NCBI GenBank assembly: GCA_977017645.1
Contig: OZ360219.1
Span: 125,612,001-125,676,000, forward strand
Length of the DNA: 64,000 bases
Source of the DNA: Torpedo marmorata
Lineage: Eukaryota
Direction of reading: 5' to 3'
In this document: positions 47,918 through 62,250 of the stretch, one piece after another
Layout of the letters: the number at the start of each line of letters is the position of its first letter
How positions within the stretch are numbered: position 1 is the first letter of the stretch
Translations under genes and position numbers: made by a program
The notes under the pieces: model-generated
Seen by the model: the letters and a program-made list of their open reading frames with translations, nothing else
Database searches by the model: none
Told to the model about the DNA's origin: nothing

Positions 47918-49526
47918 AATTCCCTAACTATGTAAAAATCAATCCAACCTTGTCTTAAAAATATTTACTGAGGTAACCTCCATTGCTTCAATGGGCAGCG
48001 AATTCCACAGATTCACCACACTCTGGGAAAAGCAATTCCTCCTCTTCTCTGTCCTGTCTCTAGTACCCTGAATCCCCTCGTTCTAGTCTACCCCACCAAT
48101 GGAAACAACTTACCTATCTCTATCTTATCTATGCCTTTCATAATTTTATACATTTATATAAAATCTCATTCTTATAAATTCCAGCGAGTACAGTCCCAGA
48201 TGACTCAATCTCTCCTCATTGGATAACCCCCTCATCTCTGGAATAAACCTGGTGAACCTCCTCTGCACCGACTCCAAAGCCGGTACTTCCTTCCTCAAGT
48301 AAGGAGACCAGAACTGCAGTCAGTACTCCAGATGCGGTCTCACCAGTACTTTGTACAGTTGCAGCATAACCTCGTTGCTCTTAAATTCAATTCCTCTAGC
48401 AATGAAGGCCAACATTCCATTTGCCTTCTTGATAGCCTGCTGCACCTACAAACCAACCTTTTGCGATTCATGCACAAGCACTCCCAAGTCCTTCTGGACG
48501 GCAGCATGCTGCAATCACTTTCCATTTAAATAATAATCTGATGTTCCATTTTTCCTTCCAAAGTGGATAACCTCACATTTACTAACATTGTACTCCATCT
48601 TCCAGACCCTTGCTCACTCAATTAACCTATCCATATCTCTCTACAGACTCTCTGTATCCTCTGCACAATTTGCTTTTTGACTCAATTTATTGTTATCAGC
48701 AAACTTAGACACACTACACTCTGTCCCCTCTTTCAGATCATTAATGTATATCGTGAACAATTGCGGGCCCAGCACCGACCCTTGCGGCACCCCGCTCACC
48801 ACTGATTGCCAACCAGAAAAACACCCCTGTATCCCAACTCTCTGCTTTCTATTGGTTAAACAATCCTCTATCCATGCTAATACATCACCCCCAACTCTAA
48901 GCATCTTTAGCTTATGTAGAAGTCTTTTATGCAGTACCTTATCAAATGCCTTTTGGAAATCCTGGCAAACAACATCCATCTGCTCCCCTTTATCTACCAC
49001 GCTCGTTATATGCTCAAAGAACTCCAGTAAGTTTGTTAAACAGGACCTGCCTTTGCTGAATCCATGCGGCGTCTGCCTGATGGATCCATTTCGCTCCAGA
49101 TGCCTCGCATTTTCCCAACTACAGATGTTAAACTAACTGGCCGATAGTTCCCTGCCATTTGCCTACATTGTTTCTGAATAGTGGCGTGACATTCACTGTC
49201 TTTCAATCCGCCAGGACCTGCCCAGAGTCTAGAGAATTTTGGTAAATTATCACCAAAGCCTCTACTATAACTTGTGCCATTTATTTCAGTACCCTGGGAT
49301 GCATTCCTTCAGGACCAGGGAACGTATCTATCTTTAGATCCTCAAGTTTTCTCAGTACTATCTCTTTATTACATCCAGGTTCTCATCTCCCATCACACCC
49401 ATATCATCTGTCTTTGGCATGGTAAACGTGTCCTTCACTATGAATACCGACACAAAATAGTCATTTAAAGCCTCAGCCATTTCCTCATTACCCAATATCC
49501 ATTACCCTTCTCATCTTCCAAGAGGA

Positions 49527-51682
49527 TCTAGAATGCATGGATTGGGATAAGTTGTTTTCAGGCAAGGATGTGCGAGGTGAGTGGACGACCTTCAAAGGTG
49601 ATATTTTGAGAATCAGAATCAGAATCAGAATTTATTGTCATGAACAAGTCATGAAATTGGGAGTTTTGTGGCAGCATCATAGTGCAAACATTCATATTAT
49701 AACCAATTAACACCACTGTATCCCAACTCTCTGGTATAGGCAACATGGAGCAAATGAGGTACTTGAGGAGTATAAAAAATACAAGAAAAACCTCAAGAAA
49801 GAAATCAGGAAAAAAAAAGACATGAGGTTGCTTTGGCAGACAATGTGAAGGAAAATCCTAAGGGTTTCTACAGGTATATTAAGAGCAAAAGGATAGTAAG
49901 GGACAAAATTGGTCCCCTTGAAGATCAGAGTGGTTTGCTTTGCATGGAGCCAAAAGAGATGGGGGAGATCTTAAATGTATTTTTTCCATCAGCATTCAAT
50001 CAGGAAACAGGCACAGAGTCGTGGGGAGTAAGGAAAACAAGCAGTGAGGTCATGGAGCCTATACAGATTAAAGAGGAGGAAGTGCTTGCTGTCTTAAAGC
50101 AAATAAGGGTGGATAAATCCCCAGGGCCTGACAAGATATTCCGTCGGTCCTTGAGGGAGGCTAGTGTAGAAACTGCAGGGGCTCTGGCAGAAATATTTAC
50201 AATGTCCTTAGTCACAGGTGTGGTGCCGGATGATTGGAGGGTAGCTCACGTTGTTCTGTTGTTTAAAAAAGGCTCCAAAAATAACCCTGGAAATTATAGG
50301 CCAGTGAGCCTGACGTCAGTAGTAGGTAAATTATAGGAAGGTGTTCTAAGAGATCGGATTTACAATTATTTGGATAGACAGAAACTGATTAGGGATAGTC
50401 AAAATGGCTATGTGCGTGGTAGGTCGTGTTTAATCAATCTTATAGAGTTTTTCGAGGAGGTTACCAGGAAAGTTGACGAAGTAAAGGTAGTGGATGTTGT
50501 CTACATGGACTTTAGTAATGCCTTTGACAAGGTCCCACATGGGATGTTAGTCAGGAAGGTTCAGACGCTAGGTATTCTTGGTCAAGTTGTGAAATGGACT
50601 AGACAATTCTGGATGCGAGAAGCTGGAGAGTAGTGGTGGATGATTGCTACTCAGATTGGAGGCCTGTGAATAGTGGTGTGCCTCAGGGATCAGTGCTGGG
50701 ACCATTGTTGTTTGTCATCTATATCAATGATCTGGATGATAATGTGGTAAATTGGATCAGCAAGTTTGCAGATGACACTAAGATTGGAGGCATTGTGGAC
50801 ATCGAAGAAGGTTTTCAAAGCTTGCAGAGGGATCTGGACCAGCTGGAAAAATGGGCTGAAAAAATGGCAGGTGAAATTTAATGCAGACAAGTGTGAGGTG
50901 TTGCATTTTGGAAGGTCAAACCAAGAAAGGACGTACACGGTAAATGGTAGGGCACTGTGGAGTGCAGTAGAACAGAGGACCTGGGGATACAGATACATAA
51001 TTCCCTGAAAGTGGCATCACAGGTGGATAGGGTTGTAAAGAGAGCTTTTGGCATATTGGCCTTCATAAATCAAAGTATTGAGTATAGGAGCTGGAATGTT
51101 TTGGTAAAGTTGTATAAGACATTGGTGAGGCCAAATTTGGAGTCTTGAGTGCAGTTTTGGTCACCTAACTACAGGAAAGATATCAATAAGATAGAAAGAG
51201 TGCAGAGAAGATTTACTAGGATGTTGCCTGGACTTCAGGCACTGACTTACAGGGAAAGGTTAAACAGGTTATGACTTTATTCCCTGGAGCGTAGAAGAAT
51301 GAGGGGAGATTTGAGAGAGGTATTTAAAATTATGAAGGGTATAGACAGAGTAAATGTAGATAGGTTTTTTCCACTGAGGGTAGGTGAGATACAAACCAGA
51401 GGACATGGGTTAAGAGTGAAAGGGTAAAAGTTTAGGGGGAACGTGAGGGGAAATTCTTCACACAGAGAGTAGTGGGAGTTTGGAATGAGCTGCCAGCTGA
51501 GGTGGTGAATGAGGGCTCAATTATAAAATTTAAGCAGAATTTGGACAAGTACATGGATGGGAGAGGTATGGAGGGCTATGCACTGGGTACAGGTCAGTGG
51601 GACTAGGCAAAAAAATGGTTTGGCACAGACTAGAAGAGCCAAAGGGGCCTGTTTCTGTGCTGTAGTGTTCTATGGTTCTATG
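49527..51682 (+). mobile_element. 5'-truncated CR1 (HER1-like) LINE nested in the opposite-strand CR1
   Basis: DKSPGPD, NYRPVSLTSVVGK, YMDFSNAFDKV, GVPQGSVLGP, KFADD; (TTCTATGG)n tail. Confidence 0.9.
49610..49700 (-). mobile_element. Short Rex1 3' stub
   Basis: (CAGAAT)n followed by the reverse complement of the 3' UTR at 1555-1639. Confidence 0.85.
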
Positions 51683-54474
51683 GACCAACCTTCACTTTCG
51701 CCACCCTTTTGCACTTTATATAATTATAAAAACTTTTAATGTCCATTTTTATATTTTGTGCTAATCTTTTTTCATAGTCTAACTTCCCTGTCTTTATTGC
51801 TCGCTTTGTCGCTTGTTGCTTTTTAAAGTTTTCCCAGTCTTCCAGTTTCCCACTGCACTTGGTAACTTTGTACGCATGAGCTTTTAGTTTGATGCCTTCC
51901 TTTGTTTCCTTAGTTATCCAACGCTGGCTGTCCCCACCGTTACTGCTTTTAACTGGAATATGCTTTTTTTGAGCACCATGAAACATCTCTTTGAAAGTCT
52001 TCCACTGTTCCTCAACCGTCCCTCCATATAGCCTGCGTTCCCAGTCTACCCTGGCCAACTCCTCCTTTTATTTTCTGTTGTTTAGGTATTATACGATGGT
52101 TTTGGACCAAACTATTACACCCTCCATTTGTATGAGAAACTCAATCAGACTGTGATCACTCTTTCCAAGAGAATACCTAACGACAAGATTGCTAATTTTA
52201 CCTGTCTCATTGCACAGGACCAGATCCAAGATAGCATGTTCCCTTGTAGGTTCAGTAACATGCTGTTTAAGAAAGCCATCAAGTATGCATTCTATGAAGT
52301 TCTCCTCAAGGTTGCCTCAACCAACCTGATTCATCCAGTCTATGTGCATGTTAAAGTCCCCCACGATAACTGCTGTTCCATCCTTACATGCCTCCAATAT
52401 TTCTTGGTTTATTGCCTGTGCCACTCTAATGTTATTATTGGGTGGCCAATAGACAACTCCCACCAGTGTTTTTTTTTTCTCTTTACTATTCCTAATCTCT
52501 ACCCAGATGGATTCAACATTTTGCTCCTTAAATCTTGCATCATCTTCACTTTTGCCCTAATCTCATCCTTATGATCAGCCATGATCATACTAAATGGTGG
52601 TGCAGGCTCGAAGGGCCGAATGGCCTACTCCTGCACCTATTTTATATGTTTCTATGTTAACTAAGAGCGCTACCTCACCTCCCTTACCTTCCTGCCTGTT
52701 CATGCGCATTACCTCTTATCCTTGGATATTTAATTCCCAATCCTCTCCACCCTGCAACCACGTTTCTGTAATGGGCACTAAATCATACCCCTTTGCACTG
52801 ATTTGTGCCACAAGTTCACTAAACTTGTTTCGAATACTATGGGCATTCAGATAAAGTGCCCTTATACTCATTGTGTTTTTAAAATCTGGTAATCTTTGCT
52901 CTTTTGCACTTGACTTTTATACACTCTACTTTAGCTTTTACTCTATTTACACTCTTTTACTTTATCCATCCCTCTCCAATCTGTTGAACCCATCTCCCTT
53001 CTATTTAGTTTAAAGCTCTGTCCACAGTGGTAGTTATGCGATTCACCAGATCCCATCATGTTTCAGATGGAGCCTGTCCCCTTTCAACAGTTCCTTCCTT
53101 CCCCAATACTTGTTCCAATATCCCATGAATTGGAACCCACTTCTCCCACACCAATCCTTTAGCCACGCATTTAACACTAATCTTCTGGTCCCTGTGCCAA
53201 TTTGCTCGTGGCTCAGGTAGCAATCCAGAGATTACCACCTTTTTGGTTCTGCTTTTTAATTTAGTCCCCAGCTCCTCAAACTCCCTTAGCGGAACCACTT
53301 TCCTGGTTCTACCTACATCGTTGGTACCCACATGGTCCTTGATAACAGGATCTTTCCCCTCTCACTGCAAATTCCTCTGCAGGTCAGATAAGATGTCCTG
53401 AACCCAGGCACCAGTCAGGCAACACAGCCTTCAGTACACTCTATCCCTGCGACAGAGAACTTTGTCTATCCTCCTAACGACACTATCCCCGATTAACATG
53501 ACATTTCTCTTCTCTACCAACCACCACCCCGCCCCCCCTTGAATGGCTTCCTGAACCATGGTGCCACAGTTAGGTTGCTCATCCTTCCTACATTCCCCAA
53601 TCTTATCCGCACTAGGAATAAGAATGTCAGACGTGTGAGACAAGATTAAGCACTGAAGCTCCTCCAGAACTGTCTCTTGGATCCCACTCCCCTGCCTCAC
53701 TCACTGTCACCCCCTCTTGTCCCTGACCACAGATAACATTTGAGGCAGCTCTTTTCATGCATGTGACTGCCTCCTGAAATAAAGTGTCCAGGTATTTCTC
53801 CCCGTCCCTGATCTGTCACAGTGTTTGCAGCTCACATTCCAGATCATCAATTGTGAGTTTGAATTCTTCGAGCAACCAACAATTGCTGCAGATGTAGTCA
53901 TCATGAACCACAATGGGTTCCACCAGCTCCAACATCATGCAGCTACAACACATCACCTGATCCTGCATGCTTACTTTATTTAATTACCTCTAATTTTGGT
54001 GACTCTTATATAACCACTACAAAAGCCTTACCTGCTCCTCACCGAAACCTTGAGTAAAAGCTTTATTTCCACTCCTACACTGGGTTGCTCCCACTTGTGC
54101 TTCCCCTCTTCCCTTTGTTTTTTAAATCCATCTGCGCTTCAGAAACAGCCCTCTCTCGCAGTCCCCGACGGGAATGAAAACAGAACCTATCTCTCCCGCT
54201 GCTTTTTAAATCCTTATTGAGTTATTGAGTTGGGAAGATATTCCCCACTCAATAGTGTGTCCACTATCAACAACTGACACAAAGCTGACCATGGAATCAG
54301 GTTAAAATTGTTCAGTACTATTGATTGTTCGGAGGCTTTTCAATGTGCAGTATTTATTTTCAAATACACAGGCACCAGTGGGTCAGTTATAATAGCTTTT
54401 GATAGAGGTATTTAAAATTATGAAGGGGACAGATAGAGTCAATGTGGACAGGCTTTTACCATTGAGAGTGGGGG

Positions 54475-57400
54475 TTTTATGGACCATGACTGACCATTTG
54501 GACTGTGGACAGTCAGCAGGAAGGATGAAGTATTTTGGAGTACACACTGGGACCAGGTACTGAAAGAGTTAACTTGCCCAGGACTTGGTGTACCCAGAGA
54601 GAAAGAGAGAGTGCAGAGAGAGACAGGCTGTGGAAAAGATACTTTGTTGCACTTTTGCAAAAGCAGGTGCAAACCTCTGCAAAAAACAGACAGTTGGGAG
54701 TTGCAAAGGCTAGAGAACACAGCCAAATCCAGGCTTGTTGCTTCCCAGAGGAAAAGGCTGGAAGGATAGCACATGGCCTTCTGTCTCAGAGAAATTCTGA
54801 GTTAAAAGCAACTTCTGTGGAGAACAGGCGTGAGATCAGCGAGACCAGCTGTGAGATCCAAGCACACGCCTCAATCAGTGGTATACTGATCTGAACTCAC
54901 AATCCTTATGAAAACACAAGAAGGGAACGTCATCAGAGAAGAAAAACAAGTATTTGTAAGCATAAGCAGTCATTGTCTCTATCCAATGTTCATTCAGAAG
55001 TACTTCGACCAGCACACAGAGCTGAATTTGAAACCTGAACTTAGAGAGTGAATTTTGTGGACTGTATTATTCTTTTTTTTGGACTGACTTGTTTTTTATG
55101 ACTGACCTGGGGTTTTTGGGGAAAGTTTTTCCATTTTTACATAAGGGTTGGGCACAGACTGTCATGGTCTGGGCTTTACACACACACACACACATCTTTT
55201 AGATAAGAATAGTGTTTATAGACGTTTATAGTGGGGTTAATTGTTGTGAAATTATATGTTTAATTGTCTTTAATAAATATAAATTTCAATTTTACCCCTT
55301 TTGCATTGCGTCTTCTGTCGTTGCTGGTTTGATTTTGTAACAAAATTGGGGACTCGTCCTAGGATTTGAATCAAAATCCATCTTGGTAATTGAAGGAATC
55401 CCAGTTTGGTTTAAGGCATTCCTTTTGTAAAGCTAATTAAAAGCTAGTGTGTGTGTAACAAAAAACCAGCAACAATGAATGTAGAACATTTTTTGGAATC
55501 ACCTGAACCTGATACTTTAAAAAAGGCAAAAAAGGAACAGTTAGTGGCTATAGCAACAGAGTTGGGCATTGCTTCTGTAAAACCATCTATGAAAAAGGCA
55601 GAGATTGGGAGAAAAATTGTCAAATACTATATAAAAGAAAAAAAAATTGTGGAGAGCGTGTTAGAGCAGTTTCCCAAGGGTAAACCTTCTGAAAACATAC
55701 AGTTGGAACTAAAGAAATTGGAATTAGAGGCAGCTATGGAACAAAAGAAATCAGACTTAGAGAACGATGAGAGAAATAGGAGATATATGCTGGAAAAGAT
55801 AAAGTTGGAAAATGAGAGGAGACAAGAAGAGCACCAAGATCAAATTCGTCATCCTGCTGTGGAATTTTGTGAAGCTACTGACAAAAATTTAATTAAAGGA
55901 ATTAGTGGTGACGTTGAGTCCATTCCTTTGCACAAAATAGTATTGGACTCAGACTTGGTGGAAAGACCAGTTATAATAGGAGTGAGATCAGAGTTGCCAG
56001 TAGAAGGAGTCTCACTGTTGTTAGGCAATGACTTGGCCAAGGGTAAATTAGTTCCTGCAGTGCGAATGACCACTAAGCCAGTCATTGATAAGTCAGAGAA
56101 AGACTCTGATATTTATCCGGCATGTGCCATAACCAGGGCCATGTCTAAGAAAAATGTCACTGTAGAGAAGGCAGTGGAAAATAACTTGCTGAAAGAAAAA
56201 GTAAGTGATAATCAAGAAAACCTGGAAAAGGTTGAGCAATCTCCTATGTTACACCCATCCACTGATAAGACACCTAAAGGCACAGATTTGTCACTATCCC
56301 GACAGGAGTTAATAGCAAGGCAAAAGGACGATCCTGATCTTGCTGAGGTGAGGGATAAGGTTCTCTCTGAAGAGGAGATTAAAAAGGTGCCAGTGGGTTA
56401 TTATGAAAAAGATGGGGTGTTGATGAGAAAGTGGAGACCATGTGATGTTCCTGCCAATGAAGAATGGGCAGTAGTGCAGCAGGTTCTGATCCCTTATATA
56501 GGGATGCAATAATAAATTTGGCTCATAGTACACCCTTAGGTGGTCACCTTGGGGTGAAGAAAACTATAAGGAAGATAATGAAACAATTTTATTGGCCCAG
56601 TTTGAGAAGGGAGGTTGTAAGCTTTTGCCGGGCCTGTCACACTTGTCAGGTGGTGGGTAAACCTAATCAGGGTCCCCCGGTGGCACCCTTGCAACCTATC
56701 CCTGCTTTCAGTGAGCCTTTCTCGAGAGTAATTGTGGAGGGTGTTGGCCCATTGCCCAAAACCAAAGCGGGGAATGAGTATTTGTTAACAATTTTGAGTG
56801 CAGCCACCAGATTTCCAGAGGCCATTCCTCTGAGAAACATAAAAGCAAAGTCAATTGTAAAGGCTATGGTAAAGCTTTTCACCTTGGTAGGTTTGCCAAG
56901 GGAAATTCAATCAGATCAGGGCAGTAATTTCATGTCAGGTGTTTTCCAACAAGTGGTTGATGGACTGGGAGTTAAACAGATTGTATCCTCTGCGTACCAT
57001 CCAGAAAGTCAAGGGGCCTTGGAGAGGTTCCATTCGACTTTGAAAAACATGATTAGAACCTATTGTTGTGAAAAGGAAAAGGATTGGCATGAGGGGGTTC
57101 ATTTGTTGTTATTTGCAGCGAGGGAGTCTGTCAAAGAATCACTTGGTTTTAGTCCATTTGAGTTAGTTTTCGGACATGAGGTGAGAGGTCCTTTAAGATT
57201 ATTAAAAGAACAGTGGATTAATCATGATTTGCATTTAAATCTGTTAGATTATGTTTCCAAATTTAAGGATCGGTTGAATAGGGCTTGGGAGATGGCAAAG
57301 GAGAATTTAAAGGCCACTCAACAGAAAATGAAGGTTTGGTATGATCGAAAGGCTAAGATGAGAACTTTTAAACCTGGTGAGAACATATTAGTTCTGTTTC

Positions 57401-60095
57401 CCATCCCTTCAAATCATCTTAGGGCTAGATTTTCAGGACCCTATAGAGTTAGGTCAAAAAATAATGATGTCACCTATGTCATAGAAACACCTAATCGCAG
57501 ACGAGACACACAGGTCTGTCATGTGAATATGATTAAGCCATATTTTGAACTGGTGCCGCAAAAAGGGACTGAACATTTACCAGAGGTGCTGGTTATTGAT
57601 CAGGGTAAGGAGGAGACAGATGAAACCAGTTTCAGAGAGGGTCATGGGACACAGAAATTGATAAGCCTGAGGTTAGAAAATTCCATGATTTTGCACAATC
57701 TGGAGACAAAGTTGGCTCATCTGAAAACATCAGAAAAGGAAGAGATGAGTCAATTATTTTTAAAATTTATAAATTTATTTCCTGATGTGCCTCAGAAAAT
57801 TTCCATCACTTATCATGATGTGGATGTAGGAGATGCAAGACCGATAAAACAGCATCCCTATCGAATCAATGCGGAAAAGTGCAAACTGGTAGATCAGGAA
57901 ATTGACTACATGGTAAAGAACAATATCATTCGAAAATCTACTTCCAATTGGAGTTTCCCTTGTGTTCTAGTGCCTAAGCCTGATGGAACAGTTAGGTTTT
58001 GCACTGATTATAGGAAAGTAAATGCTGTAACAAAGACAGATGCTTATCCTATTCCTAGAATAGACGATTTTATAGACAAGGTGGGGAAGGCCAAATTTCT
58101 TACAAAAATTGACTTATTAAAAGGGTACTGGTGTGTTCCTTTGACAAAATTGGCTAGGGAGATTTCTGCATTCGTAACACCTTTTGGACTGTATGAGTAT
58201 AATGTTATGCCTTTTGTTATGAAGAATGCTCCAGGAACATTTCAGAGAATGATAAATTCAGTAATTCAAGGGTTAAAAAACACAGGTGCTTACATTGATG
58301 ATTTAATTGTAAGTAGTGAGACCTGGGAAGAGCATGTCTTTTAGCTAAAACAATTGTTCGAACGACTGTCCAAAGCAAATCTCACAATTAATTTAAGTAA
58401 AAGTGAGTTTGGACATGCTACTGTTATTTATCTGGGTTAGGTAGTAGGACAGGGGCAGTTGACGCCAGTAGAGGCAAAGATTGTGACTATTTCCGAGTTC
58501 CCTGTTCCAACTGGTAAGAAGACTCTGAGGAGGTTCCTGGGAATGATTGGCTACTACCGCAAGTCTGTAAAAACTTTGCTGATCTTGCACTCCCTCTCAC
58601 AAATTTGCTTAGAAAGAAAGAAAAATTTGTATGGTCAACAGGTTGTCAGGAAGCATTTGTCAAATTGAAAGCCATTTTATGCCACAAACCTGTGCTTAAG
58701 TCATCTAATTTAGAACAGTCGTTTTCTTTAGCCGTGGATGCCAGCGATGAAGCTGTGGGTGCAGTGCTGTTACAGAAGAAGAATGAAGAGGACATTGACC
58801 ATCCAGTATCCTACTTCTCGAAGAAGTTCACTGATCACCAAAGGAATTATTCAACCATAGAAAAAGAGTTGTTGGCTCTTGTGTTGGCTCTACAACACTT
58901 TGATGTGTATATCTGTACAGCTCAAAAACCACTCATAGTGTATACTGACAATAATCCATTGGTTTTTCTTTGTAAAATGAAAAATAAGAATCGACGGTTG
59001 TTGAATTGGAGTCTAATTTTGCAAGAATATGATTTGGTAATCACACATATAAAAGGGAAAGATAATGTAATTGCTGATTGTCTTTCTAGATGTTAAACTT
59101 TATCAATTAAAATAGTTCATATTTTGTATTTGTGGATGAATATTGTGGATTTTGTTTTTATTGTGACACCTCAATTAATTTCCAAAATTTTGTTCTTACA
59201 GACAAAAATTTTCTTTGTGGGTGGGAGGTGTTATGGACCATGACTGACCATTTCGACTGTGGACAGTCAGCAGGAAGGATGAAGTATTTTGGAGTACACA
59301 CTGGGACCAGGTACTGAAAGTGTTAACTTGCCCAGGTCTTGGTGTACCCAGAGAGAGAGAGAGAGAGCAGAGAGAGACAGGCTGTGGAAAAGATACTTTG
59401 TTGCACTTTTGCAAAAGCATGTGCAAACCTCTGCAAAAAGCAGACAGTTGGGAGTTGCAAAGGCTAGAGAACACAGCCAAATCCAGGCTTGTGCTTCCCA
59501 GAGGAAAAGGCTGGAAGGATAGCACATGGCCTCCTATCTCAGAGAAATTCTGAGTTAAAAGCAACTTCTGTGGAGAACAGGCGTGAGATCAGCGAGACCA
59601 GCTGTGAGATCCAAGCACACTCCTCAATCAGTGGTATACTGATCTGAACTCGCAATCCTTATGAAAACACAAGAAGGGAACGTCATCAGAGAAGAAAACC
59701 AAGTATTTGTAAGCATAAACAGTCATTGTCTCTCTCCAACATTCATTCAGAAGTACTTCTACCAGCACACAGAGCTGAATTTGAAACCTGAACTTAGAGA
59801 GTTAATTTTGTGGACTGTATTATTCTTTTTTTTGGACTGAGTTGTTTTTTATGACTGACCTGGGGTTTTTGGGGAAAGTTTTTCCATTTTTACATAAGGG
59901 TTGGGCACAGACTGTCATGGTCTGGGCTTTACACACACACACACACATCTTTTAGATAAGAATAGTGTTTATAGACGTTTATAGTGGGGTTAATTGTTGT
60001 GAAATTATATGTTTAATTGTCTTTAATAAATATAAATTTCAATTTTACCCCTTTTGCATTGCGTCTTCTGTCGTTGCTGGTTTGATTTTGTAACA
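54475..60095 (+). mobile_element. Gmr1-like LTR retrotransposon G2 (capsid, zinc knuckle and protease active site deleted)
   Basis: LTRs of about 867 bp at 54475-55342 and 59229-60095; TSD GGGG; PBS-Pro; inserted into a CR1 3' fragment (about 54400-60400). Confidence 0.93.
55475..59096 (+). pseudogene. Disrupted G2 polyprotein with integrase upstream of RT and RNase H
   Basis: The single ORF 56464-58344 runs from IN (GGHLG, CHTC, SDQG, ALERF) into RT (RFCTDYRKVN, IDLLKGYW, AYIDD); RH follows (AVDASD, ADCLSR). Confidence 0.92.
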
Positions 60096-62250
60096 GGGGA
60101 GATTCAAACAAGAGGACATGGATTGAGATTGAAGGGGGAAAAGTTTAGAGGAAACATGAGGGGGAATTTCTTCACTCAGAGGGTGGTGGGAGTGTGGAAC
60201 GAGTTTCCGGCCGAAGTGGTAGATGCAGGTTCAATTTTAACGTTTAAGGAAAAGTTGGATAGGTATATGGACGAGAGAGGTGTGGAGGGTTATGGGCCGG
60301 GTGCGGGTCAGTGGGACTAGGTGGGAGAATGTGTTTGGCATGGACTAGAAGGGCCGAACTGGCCTGTTTCTGTGCTGTAATTGTTATATGGTTATATAAA
60401 CTCTTCATATTCACCAATGACATTTTATAAAGTTTTTTTTTCTGTGTTTTTCAGTCACTCACAGTGTAATCACTTTCATTAAAAACATTTACTTTCACGA
60501 TGAGGCAATTCTCGGTTGTTTATAAAATTGGACTAGGTTACTACTTTAACTTACATCAAAGAACACTTTTTCCTTTTCAATAGATAAAAAGGCAAAAACA
60601 ATTTAAAAAAAACCTATTCTTTGCAATTTTATGCGTTTACATCTCTTATCAACCAAATTAATTTTAGTAGAAATTAAAACTGCAATCTTATCTCTCATAT
60701 TTCAAACACATTTTGTCTTTTTGATGTCTTCAGACAGGACCACAAGAGTTGGTACTGCACTTTTCTTCATATTTCTCCAGCTGTAGAGTGCTGATTTTGT
60801 GTTATAGCTGTTGTCAGTTTCCCTGGTGACTTATTACTGAGCTAAGATATGGAATCCTAAACATGAATTTTAGGTGCATGGTTAAGTTTAAGAAATTGTG
60901 CATAGTAATTTCATTTAGAGTATTCTTTTGATGCATTCCTTCAGAAATCAATCATCGAGTCAGAGAGGCATGGAGTCATTAAGAACAGAAAGAGTGCCGT
61001 CAGCCTAACTTGTCCATAGTGACCAAGTTAATCCCATTTGCATGCATTTGGCATATAACCCTCTCACTTCTTACCTATCCATGTGTCTATCCAAAGGTCT
61101 TTGAAACATATTGTGCCCATCTCTACCTCTTCCATTACAGCTCATTCCAAATGCTCACCATCCTCTGTGTAAAAAGCTTGCCTCTCGGGTCCTCTTCAAA
61201 TCTTTCTCCTCTCAACTTAAATGCATGCCCTCTAATTTTAGCCTCCCTTACCCTGGAAAATGGTTATGCCCATGCAGGCCCCAGTTAACTTAAAGGAGTA
61301 ACTGAGATATTTATGTGAAAATATTACTTTATTTATTTTATTTAGACATACAACACAGCAACAGGCCCTCCGGCACCAGAGACCATGACGCCCAAATACC
61401 CCAATTAATTAGTCACAATTTGCAATGTCAGATTTTGATCATTGGGAACTCATTGGAGTTTTGTACTTTGGATCATTGATTTTACTTTTTTCCCCAATTT
61501 TTTATGCAATGACAAACTATTTATTTCATCCAGCCTGTTCCATTTCATAAAAGAAAGGGAAACTCAAGTGGAGCAGCCATTGTGGAGTGGCCAGTGTGAG
61601 AGTGGCCCAGTGCATGAGTGGGAATCTGAGGCTTTGCCTCAAGAGGCTTTGGTGAGAAGAGGTGGAGGTGCAGAAGTACAGGCAAGGTAAGGACAGGTTT
61701 TTATAACACTTTCCTCTTTAATAGACAGTGGGAATGGCAGCCAGGACAGGGACATGCTCCTCTTGCAGAATGTGGATAGTCAGGGAAACTAACAGTATCC
61801 ATGATGACTTCATCTGCGAGAAGTGCATTCAACTGCATCTCCTTAAAGACCGTGTTAGGGAATTAGAGCTGGAGCAAGATGAACTCTGAATCATTCGGGA
61901 GGGTGAGGGGATGATAGACAGGAAGTACAGGGATGCAATCACACCTCGGAGGCAGGAGGAAGGTAGCTGGGTGACAGTCAGGAGAGAGAAGGGGAACAGG
62001 CAGGCAGTGCAGGGTACCCTTGTGGCCATTCCCCTCAGCAACAAGTATACCCCTTTGGATACTGCTGAGGGAGATGACCGATTTGGGCAAGGCAGCAGCC
62101 AGAACATAGCACTGTTATTGGCTGTCAGCCTCAGAAGGGAAAGGTGAAGTCAGGTAGATTGGTAGTCATAGGGGACACGATAGTCAGGGGAACAGATAGG
62201 AGATTCTGCGGCCGCAAAAGCGACTCCGGGATAATGTGTTGCCTCCCGGG

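Larger units (their letters stand above)
44311..54200 (-). mobile_element. Near full-length degenerate CR1 LINE (Zn-finger/SGNH ORF1, ORF2, 3' tail) hosting L1 and CR1 insertions
   Basis: IGDSVVRRID and MGTNDVG...VVISGLLP (ORF1); DFQKAFDKV...GVPQGSVLGP...SKFADN (RT); 3' tail at 44311-44340; also contains a short plus-strand CR1 3' stub at about 52571-52656. Confidence 0.85.
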
